A program made the translations under genes and the position numbers. From positions 53,728 to 117,727 of the IMG/VR virus record IMGVR_UViG_3300023174_003433: a stretch of 64,000 nucleotides of DNA; one strand, 5' to 3'. Position 1 is the stretch's first letter. Every line of letters starts with the position of its first letter. The notes beneath the pieces are model-generated. The model was not told the DNA's origin, made no database searches, and worked only from the letters and a program-made list of their open reading frames with translations. Positions 63,862 through 64,000 of the stretch are shown piece by piece. Origin of the DNA: a virus.

Positions 63862-64000
63862 ATGGATATCTCTGGATAATCAAAGACGAAACAGATACCC
63901 AATATGGTGAGTATACGATAGCCTTTCGGTGTTACTTCGTTATGGTACCAGAACCTTGGCGCCCAATAGAGTTTCGGATCGGTCCAAAATTGGAATATGT

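Noticed and set aside
1-64000. Stop-codon reassignment
   Set aside because: Long genes are intact in code 11, TAG and TGA both end well-defined genes, and the only tRNA has a GTA anticodon

Overview
A 64-kb segment of a large, AT-rich T4-like (Tevenvirinae/Kyanoviridae-style) myophage using the standard genetic code; the host is probably a Gram-negative proteobacterium (inference). 1-26.6 kb (minus strand): tail-fibre and baseplate genes, including a heptad-repeat fibre running off the left edge, an S74-chaperone fibre, a 2094-aa virion protein, gp8, gp7, gp6, gp25, a gp38-like Gly-rich adhesin, a split gp5, gp53 and gp48. 26.6-32.2 kb (plus strand): gp4, gp2, gp54, gp26, gp51 and two paralogous tape-measure-like genes. 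32.2-37.3 kb: gp32, gp59, gp33, a cell-wall hydrolase, a circularly permuted two-piece tmRNA (tag ANDNKFALAA) and nucleases. 37.3-45.2 kb, the most interesting part: a RiPP-like cluster with a radical SAM/SPASM enzyme, an Asn-Cys-repeat protein carrying a tail-adhesin-type N-terminus and a 'KIICT' C-terminal domain, five Fe(II)/2OG-type oxygenases and a class-B (B12-type) radical SAM enzyme. This suggests heavy post-translational modification of a virion tip protein. 45-64 kb: many small early/middle genes, a CobS-like AAA+ ATPase, tRNA-Tyr, repeated sigma70-type promoters with palindromic operators, and several unexplained non-coding elements. A -1 ribosomal frameshift fusing gp26 to gp51 is also predicted. 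All product calls come from motif recognition by eye; no searches were run.
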